Source: an uncultured candidate division Zixibacteria bacterium
GTDB lineage: Bacteria; Zixibacteria; MSB-5A5; UBA10806
Direction of reading: 5' to 3'
DNA: 64,000 nt
Assembly (NCBI GenBank): GCA_963817915.1
Contig: CAWFQL010000010.1
Span: 29,889-93,888 of the forward strand
Part shown: piece by piece, positions 1 through 9,475 of the stretch
How positions within the stretch are numbered: the first letter of the stretch is position 1
Layout of the letters: each line of letters starts with the position of its first letter
Notes under the pieces: generated by a model
Told to the model about the DNA's origin: nothing
Database searches by the model: none
The model's input: the letters and a program-made list of their open reading frames with translations, nothing else
Position numbers and translations under genes: made by a program

Positions 1-2189
1 TTCTCGGCTGAGTCTGGATGATTCATTCTGAAATATTCATTGGAGACCTGATACATCGACGCGACATAATTCGAAATCATTCTATCGTCATTTTCATCCT
101 TCGTCACCGATGGATCCGCAAGGCCCCTGAAATTATTAATGTCTGAAAAAATCTCGTATCCTTTCGTAGGATTTATTCGATTCTTCCCGGTCGATTCCAC
201 GATCCTGCTCGCCATACCCTCAGTTATAAAATGATCATCAAGGCCGAGACAATTTTCCGAAGGCACCGTTATCGCAAAATAAATTGGAATTTTCCATCCG
301 CCCGATTGAACATTGCCTACTATATGCCGAACCATTTGATCCTGAATACGCCAGACACTCGGCTGATCGGAATATTTCACTGCTCTCAATTGTTCGATTG
401 CCTTATCATCCATCGTAATTGGAACATTCATTTGATGCTTTAGCTGCAGAATATACCAGGGAGTATTCAAGAGGCTCAGATTGACCACTCTGACATCAGT
501 ACGATATTTTTCTACTTCCTGAATAAACCAAAGCGGAAACGTGTCATTGTCACCATTGGTAAATATTATGCCGTCCTGGTCGCAGGATCTCAGAATATTC
601 TTGGCGTAATCGAATGGCAAATAATTTCCGGTGCGATCATTGATTTTATAATTCGCGAATGCTGTATTACCAGCAAGGGCGATTACAAGTACCGATGCCA
701 CCGCGAAAAGTCCTTTATCAGTAATTCTTCCGTATTTTTTCGAGCTGGGGTTATCGAATTTCTTTCCCAGATAATCAAGCGCCGCAGCCATTCCAATTCC
801 AATAACAACGGCCAAATACAGGAAACCCGGAGTGTAAAAATAATCTCTGTTGCGCACCTCGGCCTGCCAGGCAATCTGCGGATTGTAAGTGCCGTCAGAG
901 AAATTCAGATAGAATACCAACCCAACAGTGCATAATAATACCGTAAATAAAATAAACACTCCTTCCGGAGGAGACCTCTTTATCGCCTCAAATGCCCCCA
1001 AGAACCCAAAAAGCAATATATATATGATGGAAAGGCTAAACCCGAAGCTTGTTTCCTGCCCTTTGGAATCCTTCGATTTATATATATCGAATCTTTCATC
1101 GGGAGATGCGTATTGGATATTCAATGCGCGAGCCAACCCGAAGCGTGGATGAGATATAAATTGATTCTCCCAGCTTGCTCTGCGCTTGAACATGCGGGTA
1201 ATCATCGATTCCTGGCCATATTGCTTTCGTTCAAGAAAACCCTTGAATCTCGGCCAGGTCGATGGCGCATTCTCATTGATTCTGGGATTTTCCGATGCTC
1301 TAATTGGAATATATAATTGAGTTGAATACCCTATCGCGGCCGCAACTATGATCAGTATAGACATTATCCATGCCTTTGATTTCGTAAAAACCGACATTCC
1401 TATCGAAATCAATAATGCCGCGAGCATTATGACGAAAAATGTCTCCAACTCCACTCGACTGATATTAATGCCGAAAATTCCCAGAATCTGGGTCTGGATC
1501 GGAATGGCATAGAGATTAAAAAGAAGCATTATTGCCCAGATAGGCCAGTGCGATAATCCGCCCTTTTTGTAATCGATATACGCCATATACAGAACCACCG
1601 GAGCCGCCAGGATAAGTATTGTCATATGGACGCCTAATGCAAACCAGATCAAATAGGCTATGAAAATTATATAGCGATCATTGCCCTTATTGCCATAACC
1701 CTGCGCCCATAAAATAGCGATATAACTGATTATCAGCATGAGCAGCATTGCTAAACCAAAAACCTCCGCCTCGACAGCATTGCTCCAGAATGTATTCGAG
1801 AGGCCCATGATCAACGCTCCCGCAAATGATCCGATTCCGACGCCTATTCTGGATTTTCCTAACGGAAGTATTTCTTTCGTTCCGATTGAAATCCTTAGAA
1901 TTAGCCAGAATGCCATGAAAACAGAAAGCGCGGAGCTTATCACGGAAATCAAATTGATTCTTACCGCGATTTCGCCTGCTATCGGAAGAAGCGCGAAAAA
2001 TCTACCAATCAATAGAAACATGGGATTGCCCGGCGGATGGGGTATTCCAAGAATATACGATGTCGCGATGAATTCGCCGCAATCCCAGAATGATACTGTT
2101 GGAGCCTTGGTCGAATTGAAAAATATAAAGCTTATTATTGTTGCGAGAATCGATAATATCAGATAATAGCGATCTTTATAAAGCTTCAT
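1..2189 (-). CDS. DUF2723 family membrane protein (TMEM260-like putative glycosyltransferase), C-terminus beyond window start
   Basis: Uninterrupted minus-strand reading frame from ATG at 2189 to the window edge. N-terminus reads MKLYKDRYYLILSILATIISFIFFNSTKAPTVSFWDCGEFIATSYILGIPHPPGNPMFLLIGRFFALLP, which carries the DUF2723 hallmark (WD.GEF...G..HPPG.P). Many predicted TM helices. Start ATG overlaps the upstream gene's TGA (ATGA). Confidence 0.7.
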   Translation of the reverse strand, partial: MKLYKDRYYLILSILATIISFIFFNSTKAPTVSFWDCGEFIATSYILGIPHPPGNPMFLLIGRFFALLPIAGEIAVRINLISVISSALSVFMAFWLILRISIGTKEILPLGKSRIGVGIGSFAGALIMGLSNTFWSNAVEAEVFGLAMLLMLIISYIAILWAQGYGNKGNDRYIIFIAYLIWFALGVHMTILILAAPVVLYMAYIDYKKGGLSHWPIWAIMLLFNLYAIPIQTQILGIFGINISRVELETFFVIMLAALLISIGMSVFTKSKAWIMSILIIVAAAIGYSTQLYIPIRASENPRINENAPSTWPRFKGFLERKQYGQESMITRMFKRRASWENQFISHPRFGLARALNIQYASPDERFDIYKSKDSKGQETSFGFSLSIIYILLFGFLGAFEAIKRSPPEGVFILFTVLLCTVGLVFYLNFSDGTYNPQIAWQAEVRNRDYFYTPGFLYLAVVIGIGMAAALDYLGKKFDNPSSKKYGRITDKGLFAVASVLVIALAGNTAFANYKINDRTGNYLPFDYAKNILRSCDQDGIIFTNGDNDTFPLWFIQEVEKYRTDVRVVNLSLLNTPWYILQLKHQMNVPITMDDKAIEQLRAVKYSDQPSVWRIQDQMVRHIVGNVQSGGWKIPIYFAITVPSENCLGLDDHFITEGMASRIVESTGKNRINPTKGYEIFSDINNFRGLADPSVTKDENDDRMISNYVASMYQVSNEYFRMNHPDSAE

Positions 2190-2920
2190 TTCTCTCGCCG
2201 TATTTCATAAAATATCGTAGTGCCCATCGATCTGAAAATCGGCAGCCTATCGAATATATTGGAAAATATGACATCTAATTTTGAATCTTTAAATAATCTT
2301 AGCGGAGGAAGTCGAAATGATAATATCGTCCATTTCGTTTTATGGAAACCATTGCCAAATATTCTTTTCACGGCCTTAACATCCAATTGTGTCTCATCGG
2401 GAGAGAAGCAGCCGATTAGCTTCTTCACAAAGCCGGTGCCCATAATCTTCATGACAATCAATCTCAGATTATAATAGACATAATTGATGCTTGTCCTGTG
2501 CGGCTCGCAGATAAAAATCCATCCGCCCGGCCTTAGTAATCGTGCCGCTTCTCTTAGCGATTTCTCCTGGCTCGGTAGATGATGGAGTATTCCCACATAG
2601 ATAATAAAATCCATCGAATTATCTTTGAACGGCAATATCTGGGCGTCGCTGATCGCCCGCGCCGATTTGGGATCATTTTTCTCGACCAATGATTTGGTAA
2701 TATCCGAAACAATCATCAAATTATCATTATTGAATCTATAAGCATGCTCCGAAATACCGCACCCGAGCTCGAGAATATTCAGTCCCTTCAAATTCAGCGA
2801 TGACATATACTTGTCGACCTCGGCTTTCAATCGACGGGTATACGGCCGTGCCATCAATTCTAGATACGCCTGAGTGTCGTCAAATGCGTCAATTTCTTTT
2901 TGTAGTCGAGCTTCTGCCAT
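2186..2920 (-). CDS. class I SAM-dependent methyltransferase
   Basis: 244 aa; motif I LELGCGISEHAYRF and post-I LRPGGWIFICEP; translationally coupled (ATGA) to the downstream DUF2723 gene. Confidence 0.75.
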   Translation of the reverse strand: MAEARLQKEIDAFDDTQAYLELMARPYTRRLKAEVDKYMSSLNLKGLNILELGCGISEHAYRFNNDNLMIVSDITKSLVEKNDPKSARAISDAQILPFKDNSMDFIIYVGILHHLPSQEKSLREAARLLRPGGWIFICEPHRTSINYVYYNLRLIVMKIMGTGFVKKLIGCFSPDETQLDVKAVKRIFGNGFHKTKWTILSFRLPPLRLFKDSKLDVIFSNIFDRLPIFRSMGTTIFYEIRREK

Positions 2921-2997
2921 ATTTTAAAAAAGCGCTGTAATATATGCGCCTCTATCGATAATTTATCATTAATTCAAAATATGTCAACGCAAATTGG

Positions 2998-3402
2998 CTA
3001 TATATCTTTGCTTAACGCGTCAAGAACGCCATTGACGAATCTGCCGGATTCCGATGATCCGTAGATTTTCGCCAATTCAATCGCTTCGTCTATGGATACT
3101 TTTCTGGGTATATCCGGAAAAAAATTCAACTCTGCCAGGCTCAAACGGAGAATATTTTTATCTATGATTGCCAAACGTTCCATTTCCCAATTTTCTGTAT
3201 GCTTCGCTATTGCGGCATCTAGAAACGCCACATTTTCAACTACCTTCAAAAGTAGAGCGAGCGCGAATTCAGCCGTGTCACCTTGCAGCTGATGCCGTTC
3301 GGCCGAAAATGGAAAAATCTCTTTGGGATCGACATCGCCCCGAATTTCCCAGCAATACAATGATTCTAAAACAGCTTCGCGAGCTTTGCGCCGTTGGCCC
3401 AT
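2998..3402 (-). CDS. nusB: transcription antitermination factor NusB
   Basis: 134 aa; MGQRRKAREAVLESLYCWEI... is a typical NusB N-terminus; sits directly downstream of ribH as in classical rib-nusB clusters. Confidence 0.85.
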   Translation of the reverse strand: MGQRRKAREAVLESLYCWEIRGDVDPKEIFPFSAERHQLQGDTAEFALALLLKVVENVAFLDAAIAKHTENWEMERLAIIDKNILRLSLAELNFFPDIPRKVSIDEAIELAKIYGSSESGRFVNGVLDALSKDI

Positions 3403-3866
3403 CAGATTTTGCTATAAAGGCTGATCATTTCAATAGCCGTCAATGCGGCCTGGAAACCCTTATTCCCCTGCTTTGCGCCAGCGCGTTCAATTGCCTGCTC
3501 AAGTGTATCAGCTGTTATAATTCCATATATCACAGGGAATGATTTGTCGATTGCAATCTTCGCAATTCCCTTGGCTGTCTCAGATGCTATATAATCAAAA
3601 TGAGGCGTCTCACCGCGTATAACCGCGCCAAGGCAGATAACCGCATCATATTTTTTGGAATCGGCAATTTTAGCTGCGATATATGGCAATTCGAACGATC
3701 CCGGCACCCAAATAATCGTGATATGGTCATCCGATGCGCCATGTCTCAGGAGACAATCAATCGCGCCATCTTTGAGCTTGCCCGTAATAAAATCATTGAA
3801 TCGCGCGACCACAATCGCGATTTTTTTGTCCTTGGCATTAAGTTCCCCGCCGATCTCTTTGACCAT
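3402..3866 (-). CDS. ribH: 6,7-dimethyl-8-ribityllumazine synthase
   Basis: 154 aa; KIAIVVARFNDFITGKLKDGAID...ITIIWVPGSFELP lumazine synthase signature. Confidence 0.9.
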   Translation of the reverse strand: MVKEIGGELNAKDKKIAIVVARFNDFITGKLKDGAIDCLLRHGASDDHITIIWVPGSFELPYIAAKIADSKKYDAVICLGAVIRGETPHFDYIASETAKGIAKIAIDKSFPVIYGIITADTLEQAIERAGAKQGNKGFQAALTAIEMISLYSKI

Positions 3867-3876
3867 ATCGCACTCC

Positions 3877-5109
3877 TTATTTGCATCCTTTTAAATTGGA
3901 TTCATCAATTATATCTATCAAATGCCCCAATTTGTCGCGCTTGGTTTCAAGGTAGCGGGCATTATATTTATTCGGTTTGATTTCCAGAGGAATACGATCA
4001 GTGACTGTGAGATTATACCCCTGAATTCCAACAATCTTCTTTGGATTATTGGTTATAAGCTTGATTGTTGATAATCCCAAATCAGCCAGTATCTGAGCCC
4101 CAATCCCATAATCGCGGAGGTCGGCCGGGAATCCCAAATCAGCGTTGGCCTCGACTGTATCTCTTCCCTGGTCCTGAAGTTTATAAGCCAAAATTTTATT
4201 GGCCAGCCCGATACCTCGACCTTCCTGCCTCATATAAAGCACAACACCCAATCCTTCGTCCTCAATCAGATCCAGCGCTTTGGCAAGCTGTTCTCCGCAA
4301 TCGCATCTGCATGAGCCGAAAACATCCCCGGTAAGACATGACGAATGCACTCGAACCATGACGTCTTTCTTGCCGTTGACTTCTCCCTTTTCGATTGCAA
4401 GGTGATGATGCTCGTCGATTGAGCTCTTATAGAGATGAAGCTTGAACGTCCCATGCTTGGTCGGAAAATTTACCGTCGTAACTCGTTCAACAAGCTTCTC
4501 GTTCATCCGCCGATAGCTGATTAAATCTTCGACTGTGACTATCTTCAAATTATGCTCTTCTGCCATCTTCATCAATTGAGGCAGTCGCATCATGCTGCCG
4601 TCATCGTCGAGGATTTCGCAGAGAACGCCATAAGGCCTTAATCCGGCGAGGCGGCAAAGATCTGATGTTGCCTCCGTATGACCGGCGCGGGAAAGCACGC
4701 CGCCCGGTAGGGCTTCAAGTGGAAATATATGACCCGGACGACCTAAATCCTCCGGAGCAGTTTCCTTATCTGCCAAGGCCCTAATTGTAGCCGCCCGATC
4801 ATGAGCGGAAATTCCCGTGGTAGTATTTTTTGTCGCGTCGACCGAGACAGTAAATCGGGTACCATGTAAGGCGGTGTTTACCTGCACCATCGGATTAAGC
4901 TTGAGGCTTTCCATTCTTTCCGACGGCATAGGGACGCATATCAGACCGCGGCCATATTTGGTCAGAAAATTGACTTTCTCAGGTGTAACGAATTCAGCTG
5001 CCATAACGAGGTCGCCTTCATTTTCGCGGTCCTCGTCATCAACGACAATAATCATCCTGCCGTTTCGGATCCACTCTATGGCTTCATTGATATTGGAGAA
5101 ATTGGTCAT
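3877..5109 (-). CDS. ribBA: bifunctional 3,4-dihydroxy-2-butanone-4-phosphate synthase / GTP cyclohydrolase II
   Basis: 410 aa; DHBP synthase N-domain (RENEGDLVMAAE) and GTP cyclohydrolase II C-domain (CRCDCGEQL zinc site). Confidence 0.9.
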   Translation of the reverse strand: MTNFSNINEAIEWIRNGRMIIVVDDEDRENEGDLVMAAEFVTPEKVNFLTKYGRGLICVPMPSERMESLKLNPMVQVNTALHGTRFTVSVDATKNTTTGISAHDRAATIRALADKETAPEDLGRPGHIFPLEALPGGVLSRAGHTEATSDLCRLAGLRPYGVLCEILDDDGSMMRLPQLMKMAEEHNLKIVTVEDLISYRRMNEKLVERVTTVNFPTKHGTFKLHLYKSSIDEHHHLAIEKGEVNGKKDVMVRVHSSCLTGDVFGSCRCDCGEQLAKALDLIEDEGLGVVLYMRQEGRGIGLANKILAYKLQDQGRDTVEANADLGFPADLRDYGIGAQILADLGLSTIKLITNNPKKIVGIQGYNLTVTDRIPLEIKPNKYNARYLETKRDKLGHLIDIIDESNLKGCK

Positions 5110-5143
5110 TTTCTACTATCATGGTTTGGCTCCGCGCCAATTA

Positions 5144-5777
5144 TTAATAACCATGCTCCTTTAAGAATTCCGATGTAATCCCTTTTTTCGATGATGAAAT
5201 CATCTTTTCGATATATTTGGCCACGAGGTCAAATTCGAGATTAACGCTGTCACCAGATTTTTTATATTTGAAAATCGTATTTTCGAATGTATGCGGAATT
5301 ATCGAGACCTGAAATCCACCGTTCGAATTTTCGGCTACGGTAAGGCTGATGCCGTCGACCGCGACCGACCCTTTTTTGATGATATAATTATCAAATTTTC
5401 CAGGATATTTAATCGTAAATAAATGGCTTCCTTCAAACGGCGTGATCCCGGAAATCTGCCCGACACAATCGACATGCCCCTGAACAAGATGGCCGTGCAA
5501 AAGATCGCTTAATTTTAGCGGCGATCTCGAGATTTACGAATGAACCCGAACGAAGCTCGCCGATATTCGTATATTTTAATGTCTCTTTGACAGCTTCAAC
5601 ACCGAAATAATCTTTGTTCCTGGAAATAAGTGTCAGGCAGGCGCCATTAACCGCGATCGATGAGCCGATCTCGGATTCAACTGCAATTTTATGATATTCT
5701 ATCTCGATTGATAGATTACCGGCGTTGGGTCTTAATGATTTGACCCGTCCAACTTCCTGAACTATTCCTGTAAACAT
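5144..5777 (-). CDS. ribE: riboflavin synthase alpha subunit, interrupted by a single-base frameshift
   Basis: Two overlapping ORFs: 5433..5777 (MFTGIVQEVG...VNLEIAAK) and 5144..5500 (..LSDLLHGHLVQGHVDCVG...). Removing one A from the A4 run (plus-strand TTTT at 5513-5516) restores FVNLEIAAKLSDLLHGHLVQGHVD, which matches the riboflavin synthase consensus. Confidence 0.8.
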
Positions 5778-5782
5778 ACATA

Positions 5783-6910
5783 TTACCAGACAGGTCTGCC
5801 GCTTATTATAAAATCCGGTCCGGAGGAAATAGTTTCGACATTATCTATTTTTATTGTATCTGCCATTTTTTTGATTCCCAAATCACCAATAGCAACTATG
5901 CCATCGCCGATAATCATGGGAGCGATACAGATAATGATCTTGTCAGCCTGCTTCTGCTTCAAGAATGATGTCAGCGCTCCTGCACCGCCCTCAACCAAGA
6001 GATTCATGACGCCTATTTTGCCAAGATTGGTCAAAAGCGATTCCAATGAAATACCGTCCTTGCCATTTTCTGTCGGAAGATATTCGACGCCTTTGGTTTT
6101 TTTGATTTTGGAAAGCTTTGAGAATGCGACATACGTTGGGGCCGCTTTATCCTTGAAAAGCTTTTTATCGTAAGGAATCTTTCCCGAACTTGATAAAATA
6201 ATCCTTATCGGATTAGTCCCCTTTACCAGACGAGTTGTCAGGAGAGGATCATCTTTTCTTAATGTCCCGGCGCCGATAAGTATGGCATCATTGGACGCCC
6301 GCAATTTATGCGAATATTTCAGCGATTGCGGCGATGATATCCATTGCGAACTGCCTGCGCCTGCCGCGATACGACCATCGACACTCTGCGCGTACTTCAA
6401 TGTCACATACGGCTTATTGGTAGTGATAAATTTGAAATATGGCCGATAAAACTCCTCGGCATACTCCTTGAGCGGCCCGACAACAACATCGATACCCGCC
6501 GCCTTCAGCCGTTCGAATCCCTTGCCATTAACAACCGGATTCTTATCGATAATCGGGCTGACCACTTTCTTGATTCCGGCTTCAATGATGGCATTGACAC
6601 ATGGTGGTGTCTTGCCGAAATGATCGCATGGCTCCAATGTCGTGATCAATGTCGCGCCATAGGCTTCGCCGCCCGCTTTTTTTATTGCGACTATTTCCGC
6701 GTGCGGCCCACCGGCCTTGCGATGAAAACCATCCGATATAGTGCGATGATCTTTTGCTATGATAGCACCAACTGCAGGATTCGGCGATGTGTATCCCAAA
6801 CCCTTCTCGGCCAATTCAAAGGCCTTGCGCATTAATTTGTCAAATTCACCCAAATAAAAACCCCTTTCTCGGGGTATATCCGAACAGTTTAAACGATATG
6901 AACAACTCAT
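5783..6910 (-). CDS. ribD: bifunctional diaminohydroxyphosphoribosylaminopyrimidine deaminase / 5-amino-6-(5-phosphoribosylamino)uracil reductase
   Basis: 375 aa; CMP/dCMP deaminase zinc motif HAEIVAIKKAGG...TLEPCDHFGKTPPC and a C-terminal RibD reductase domain. Confidence 0.9.
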   Translation of the reverse strand: MSCSYRLNCSDIPRERGFYLGEFDKLMRKAFELAEKGLGYTSPNPAVGAIIAKDHRTISDGFHRKAGGPHAEIVAIKKAGGEAYGATLITTLEPCDHFGKTPPCVNAIIEAGIKKVVSPIIDKNPVVNGKGFERLKAAGIDVVVGPLKEYAEEFYRPYFKFITTNKPYVTLKYAQSVDGRIAAGAGSSQWISSPQSLKYSHKLRASNDAILIGAGTLRKDDPLLTTRLVKGTNPIRIILSSSGKIPYDKKLFKDKAAPTYVAFSKLSKIKKTKGVEYLPTENGKDGISLESLLTNLGKIGVMNLLVEGGAGALTSFLKQKQADKIIICIAPMIIGDGIVAIGDLGIKKMADTIKIDNVETISSGPDFIISGRPVW

Positions 6911-6912
6911 AT

Positions 6913-7040
6913 CGCCTTCGTTCTTCTTTCATCCGGACTATACCGTCGGCTCCGGATTTCCACCGGCTCCTGTCCTATCCAATAGGACTCGCGGGCTGTG
7001 ACCGCCGATCGAGGAATTTCGCCTCACCCCGAAGATGACC
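6913..7040 (-). ncRNA. FMN riboswitch (RFN element) in the ribD leader
   Basis: Minus-strand sequence AUCUUCGGGGUGAGGCGAAAUUCCUCGAUCGGCGGUCACAGCCCGCGAGUCCUAUUGGAUAGGACAGGAGCCGGUGGAAAUCCGGAGCCGACGGUAUAGUCCGGAUGAAAGAAGAACGAAGG. It matches the conserved FMN-aptamer blocks (CUUCGGGG..GAAAUUCC, CCGGCGGU, AGCCCGCGAG, GGUGGA..., GCCGACxGUAUAGUCyGGAUG) and ends 5 nt before the ribD ATG. Confidence 0.85.
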
Positions 7041-7237
7041 CAATATAGACAATATGACATTGAATGTCAAGTGCTTGGCCGATTATTTTTCCCGCATAGA
7101 GTAGGGCGGAACCCCCGCGGTTCCGTCCAATCGAGTTCGGACAGGTCGTAGACCCGACATGAAATGTCGGGGCGTGACCTGTCCGCCAAATCATTCATTT
7201 GGGTGGCAGTCGTCATCGACTGCCCCAAATGGGCTGC

Positions 7238-7313
7238 AATCGCGATATACTGTAGCCCAAAACCCCTGTGGTTTTGGGGTATATCCCCAAATCTCTTCGA
7301 GATTTAGGCTACT
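7238..7313. repeat. ~77-bp direct repeat, copy 1 (two internal hairpins)
   Basis: caatcgcgatatactgtagcccaaaacccctgtggttttggggtatatccccaaatctcttcgagatttaggctac; contains hairpins CCCAAAACC/GGTTTTGGG and AAATCTC/GAGATTT; about 90% identical to 7480..7556. Confidence 0.8.
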
Positions 7314-7365
7314 GCCTGCCTTATCCACCTGTCATGCCGCACTCGATGCGGCATCCATCTTTATT

Positions 7366-7393
7366 GTGCGTGTCAAAGCTCGCTTTGACCGCA
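7366..7393. repeat. 28-nt palindromic module GCGTGTCAAAGC-nn-GCTTTGACCGCA (copy also at 30647..30674)
   Basis: Perfect inverted repeat GTCAAAGC/GCTTTGAC; recurs almost identically at 30647-30674 next to the other BNR/T9SS genes; accompanied by related modules (CTTGCGAGTCAG..., GGCAG-stem hairpins). Confidence 0.7.
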
Positions 7394-7479
7394 AAAACTG
7401 ATGCGGTCGAATTAAACTTCGACACGCAAAGGTGTTTCCTTGCGAGTCAGGGCTTGCCCTGACCGCAACAAGACTGGAT

Positions 7480-7556
7480 GCAATCGCAGCATCTTGTAGC
7501 CCAAAACCCCTGTGGTTTTGGGATATGCCCCCAAATCTCTTCGAGATTTAGGCTAC
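7480..7556. repeat. ~77-bp direct repeat, copy 2
   Basis: caatcgcagcatcttgtagcccaaaacccctgtggttttgggatatgcccccaaatctcttcgagatttaggctac; same hairpin pair as copy 1; 242 bp downstream of copy 1, inside the long 5' region of the BNR/T9SS gene. Confidence 0.8.
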
Positions 7557-7682
7557 GGCCTTTTGAACTTGATGCAAAAAGGCAATTTATTCTTGACATG
7601 GAGCCAATAGACCATTAATATATAACCACATACTTTGATTTCGTACGCTTTGGCCTAAAAAGGAGCAACAGGTTAGGCTTTT

Positions 7683-9416
7683 ATGCTGAGTAATAAGATC
7701 AAAATTTGGGCAGGTATATTTTTCCTTATCTCATCGTTATGTTTTACCGAGATCGGTTTTTCGGATCCGGTCGGCGAGGTTTTTATCGGGGGCAATACCT
7801 GGATTGAGGCACAGTGGGGCACGTCCAATAAAGATGATCAGATAGTTCTTGATACGGTTAATAATACTATTCATATAGTCTGGACCTATTCTCCCCCGCC
7901 TCCATACGCTGGTAGAGGTATAAGCCGGTACAACAGCTATATCCCTGGAGTTGGTTGGAGATATTCTGAACTCGGATTCGACATGTTTCCAGGCAATTAC
8001 AGCCACATTCAGCATACTATAATGCTGGTTGATACACTTGGCGATTGGCAGGATCTCGAGATAGGTATTAAAACACGAGGTTACGATAAATTCCGCGCTT
8101 GGTGGGATGGGGATAGAGTCAGATCGTCGCAGATAGATACGACTCTTGGGGTTGATTATGTACTTATGGCAAATAGCCGCAATAGGCGGATTCACATGCT
8201 GGGCCTGAATGGGACAATCTACAACTGCCTCTATCACAATTCCTACATTATAGAGCCGTTCCATGTATCCGGCTGGGTTCTATTCGATACATTAACGCAC
8301 CTTACCTATGCCGTCGCCTGCTCTCCGATTTCCGAACGAACAGCGATCTCCTATTTTCGCCAGAAGCATTTCGGGGGAGAGCCTTGGGAATCAGTCGACC
8401 AGGACGTCTATTTGAGGCTTTCGTCAGACGGAATTCAATGGAGCGATAGGATAAACATTACGAACTTCGGTTATTCGGATATCTTCAGACCGACCATACA
8501 AAACGAAGTTATGTTTGACTATGATGACATTGCTCACGTGGCTTTTCTGACCTATGAAACGAGGCTGACTCCCGATAGCATCCTGGAATCAAACCCCAAC
8601 ATGAGCTTTATCTGGCACTGGAGCGAGGTGTCTGACTCATTTACAGTCGCCGCATACGGCTGGATTCAGAATCCGCCGGATTATAGTTTGGGGGCAATGA
8701 AATATCCTGTCAATTCCCCTCAGATGGCCGTCAATCCGCGCAACGGATATATCTATCTGCTATATGAAGCCTATAATTACGACGACATGTCGATAGCCCA
8801 ATACCCCAATGCAGATTTATGGCTGACTGTTTCCACCGATGGCGGACTCAACTGGGCGACAGCCACAAATGTCACAAACACGCAGACGCCTGATTGTATT
8901 CCCGGCCAATGCGCATCTGAGATTCAGGCTTCAATGAACGAGTTGGTGAATGATACTCTTCACATTCTTTACATTTTAGATAAGGACGCAGGGATCTATT
9001 GGGGGCAGAATGAGGGATCTTTGACAGAAGCCAAGGTGGTCTATCAGAAAATTCCTGCCAGCCTCATCCCCACAGTACCTCTTCTGCCGCAATTTTCTAT
9101 TAGGTCGGACCCGAGGACTGATATAAATCCGGGCGAATCGCTGCCTTTGCCACAGAGTATTTCGTTTTTGCGAAATTACCCAAATCCTTTCAATTCATCT
9201 ACTACTATCAGCTATTTCCTTTCCAAATCAAGCCTTGTTAATATTGCTATCTATAACCTTCTCGGTCAGAAGGTCGCGACACTTTTAAATGAAAATCAAA
9301 GCGCTGGAGAGCATTCTACCGTTTGGAATGCCAACAAAGTCCCATCCGGAATGTATTCTATCAAAATTAAGACAAATGATTTTGTCGAGACCAAGAAATG
9401 CCTGCTCTTGAAATAA
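7683..9416 (+). CDS. secreted BNR/Asp-box repeat (sialidase-like beta-propeller) protein with T9SS C-terminal sorting domain
   Basis: 577 aa; signal peptide MLSNKIKIWAGIFFLISSLCFTEIGFS; Asp-box motifs LSSDGIQWSDR and VSTDGGLNWATA; C-terminal about 80 aa (NYPNPFNSSTTISY...GMYSIKIKTNDFVETKKCLLLK) is a typical Por/T9SS CTD. Confidence 0.75.
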   Translation: MLSNKIKIWAGIFFLISSLCFTEIGFSDPVGEVFIGGNTWIEAQWGTSNKDDQIVLDTVNNTIHIVWTYSPPPPYAGRGISRYNSYIPGVGWRYSELGFDMFPGNYSHIQHTIMLVDTLGDWQDLEIGIKTRGYDKFRAWWDGDRVRSSQIDTTLGVDYVLMANSRNRRIHMLGLNGTIYNCLYHNSYIIEPFHVSGWVLFDTLTHLTYAVACSPISERTAISYFRQKHFGGEPWESVDQDVYLRLSSDGIQWSDRINITNFGYSDIFRPTIQNEVMFDYDDIAHVAFLTYETRLTPDSILESNPNMSFIWHWSEVSDSFTVAAYGWIQNPPDYSLGAMKYPVNSPQMAVNPRNGYIYLLYEAYNYDDMSIAQYPNADLWLTVSTDGGLNWATATNVTNTQTPDCIPGQCASEIQASMNELVNDTLHILYILDKDAGIYWGQNEGSLTEAKVVYQKIPASLIPTVPLLPQFSIRSDPRTDINPGESLPLPQSISFLRNYPNPFNSSTTISYFLSKSSLVNIAIYNLLGQKVATLLNENQSAGEHSTVWNANKVPSGMYSIKIKTNDFVETKKCLLLK

Positions 9417-9475
9417 TCTAGACTATTCGATCATAGCCTAACTCCATATCCTCTTTGTAGTATTTCATTTTCCCC

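Noticed and set aside
6344-6835. 163-aa plus-strand ORF inside ribD
   Set aside because: Antisense to a well-conserved ribD reading frame.
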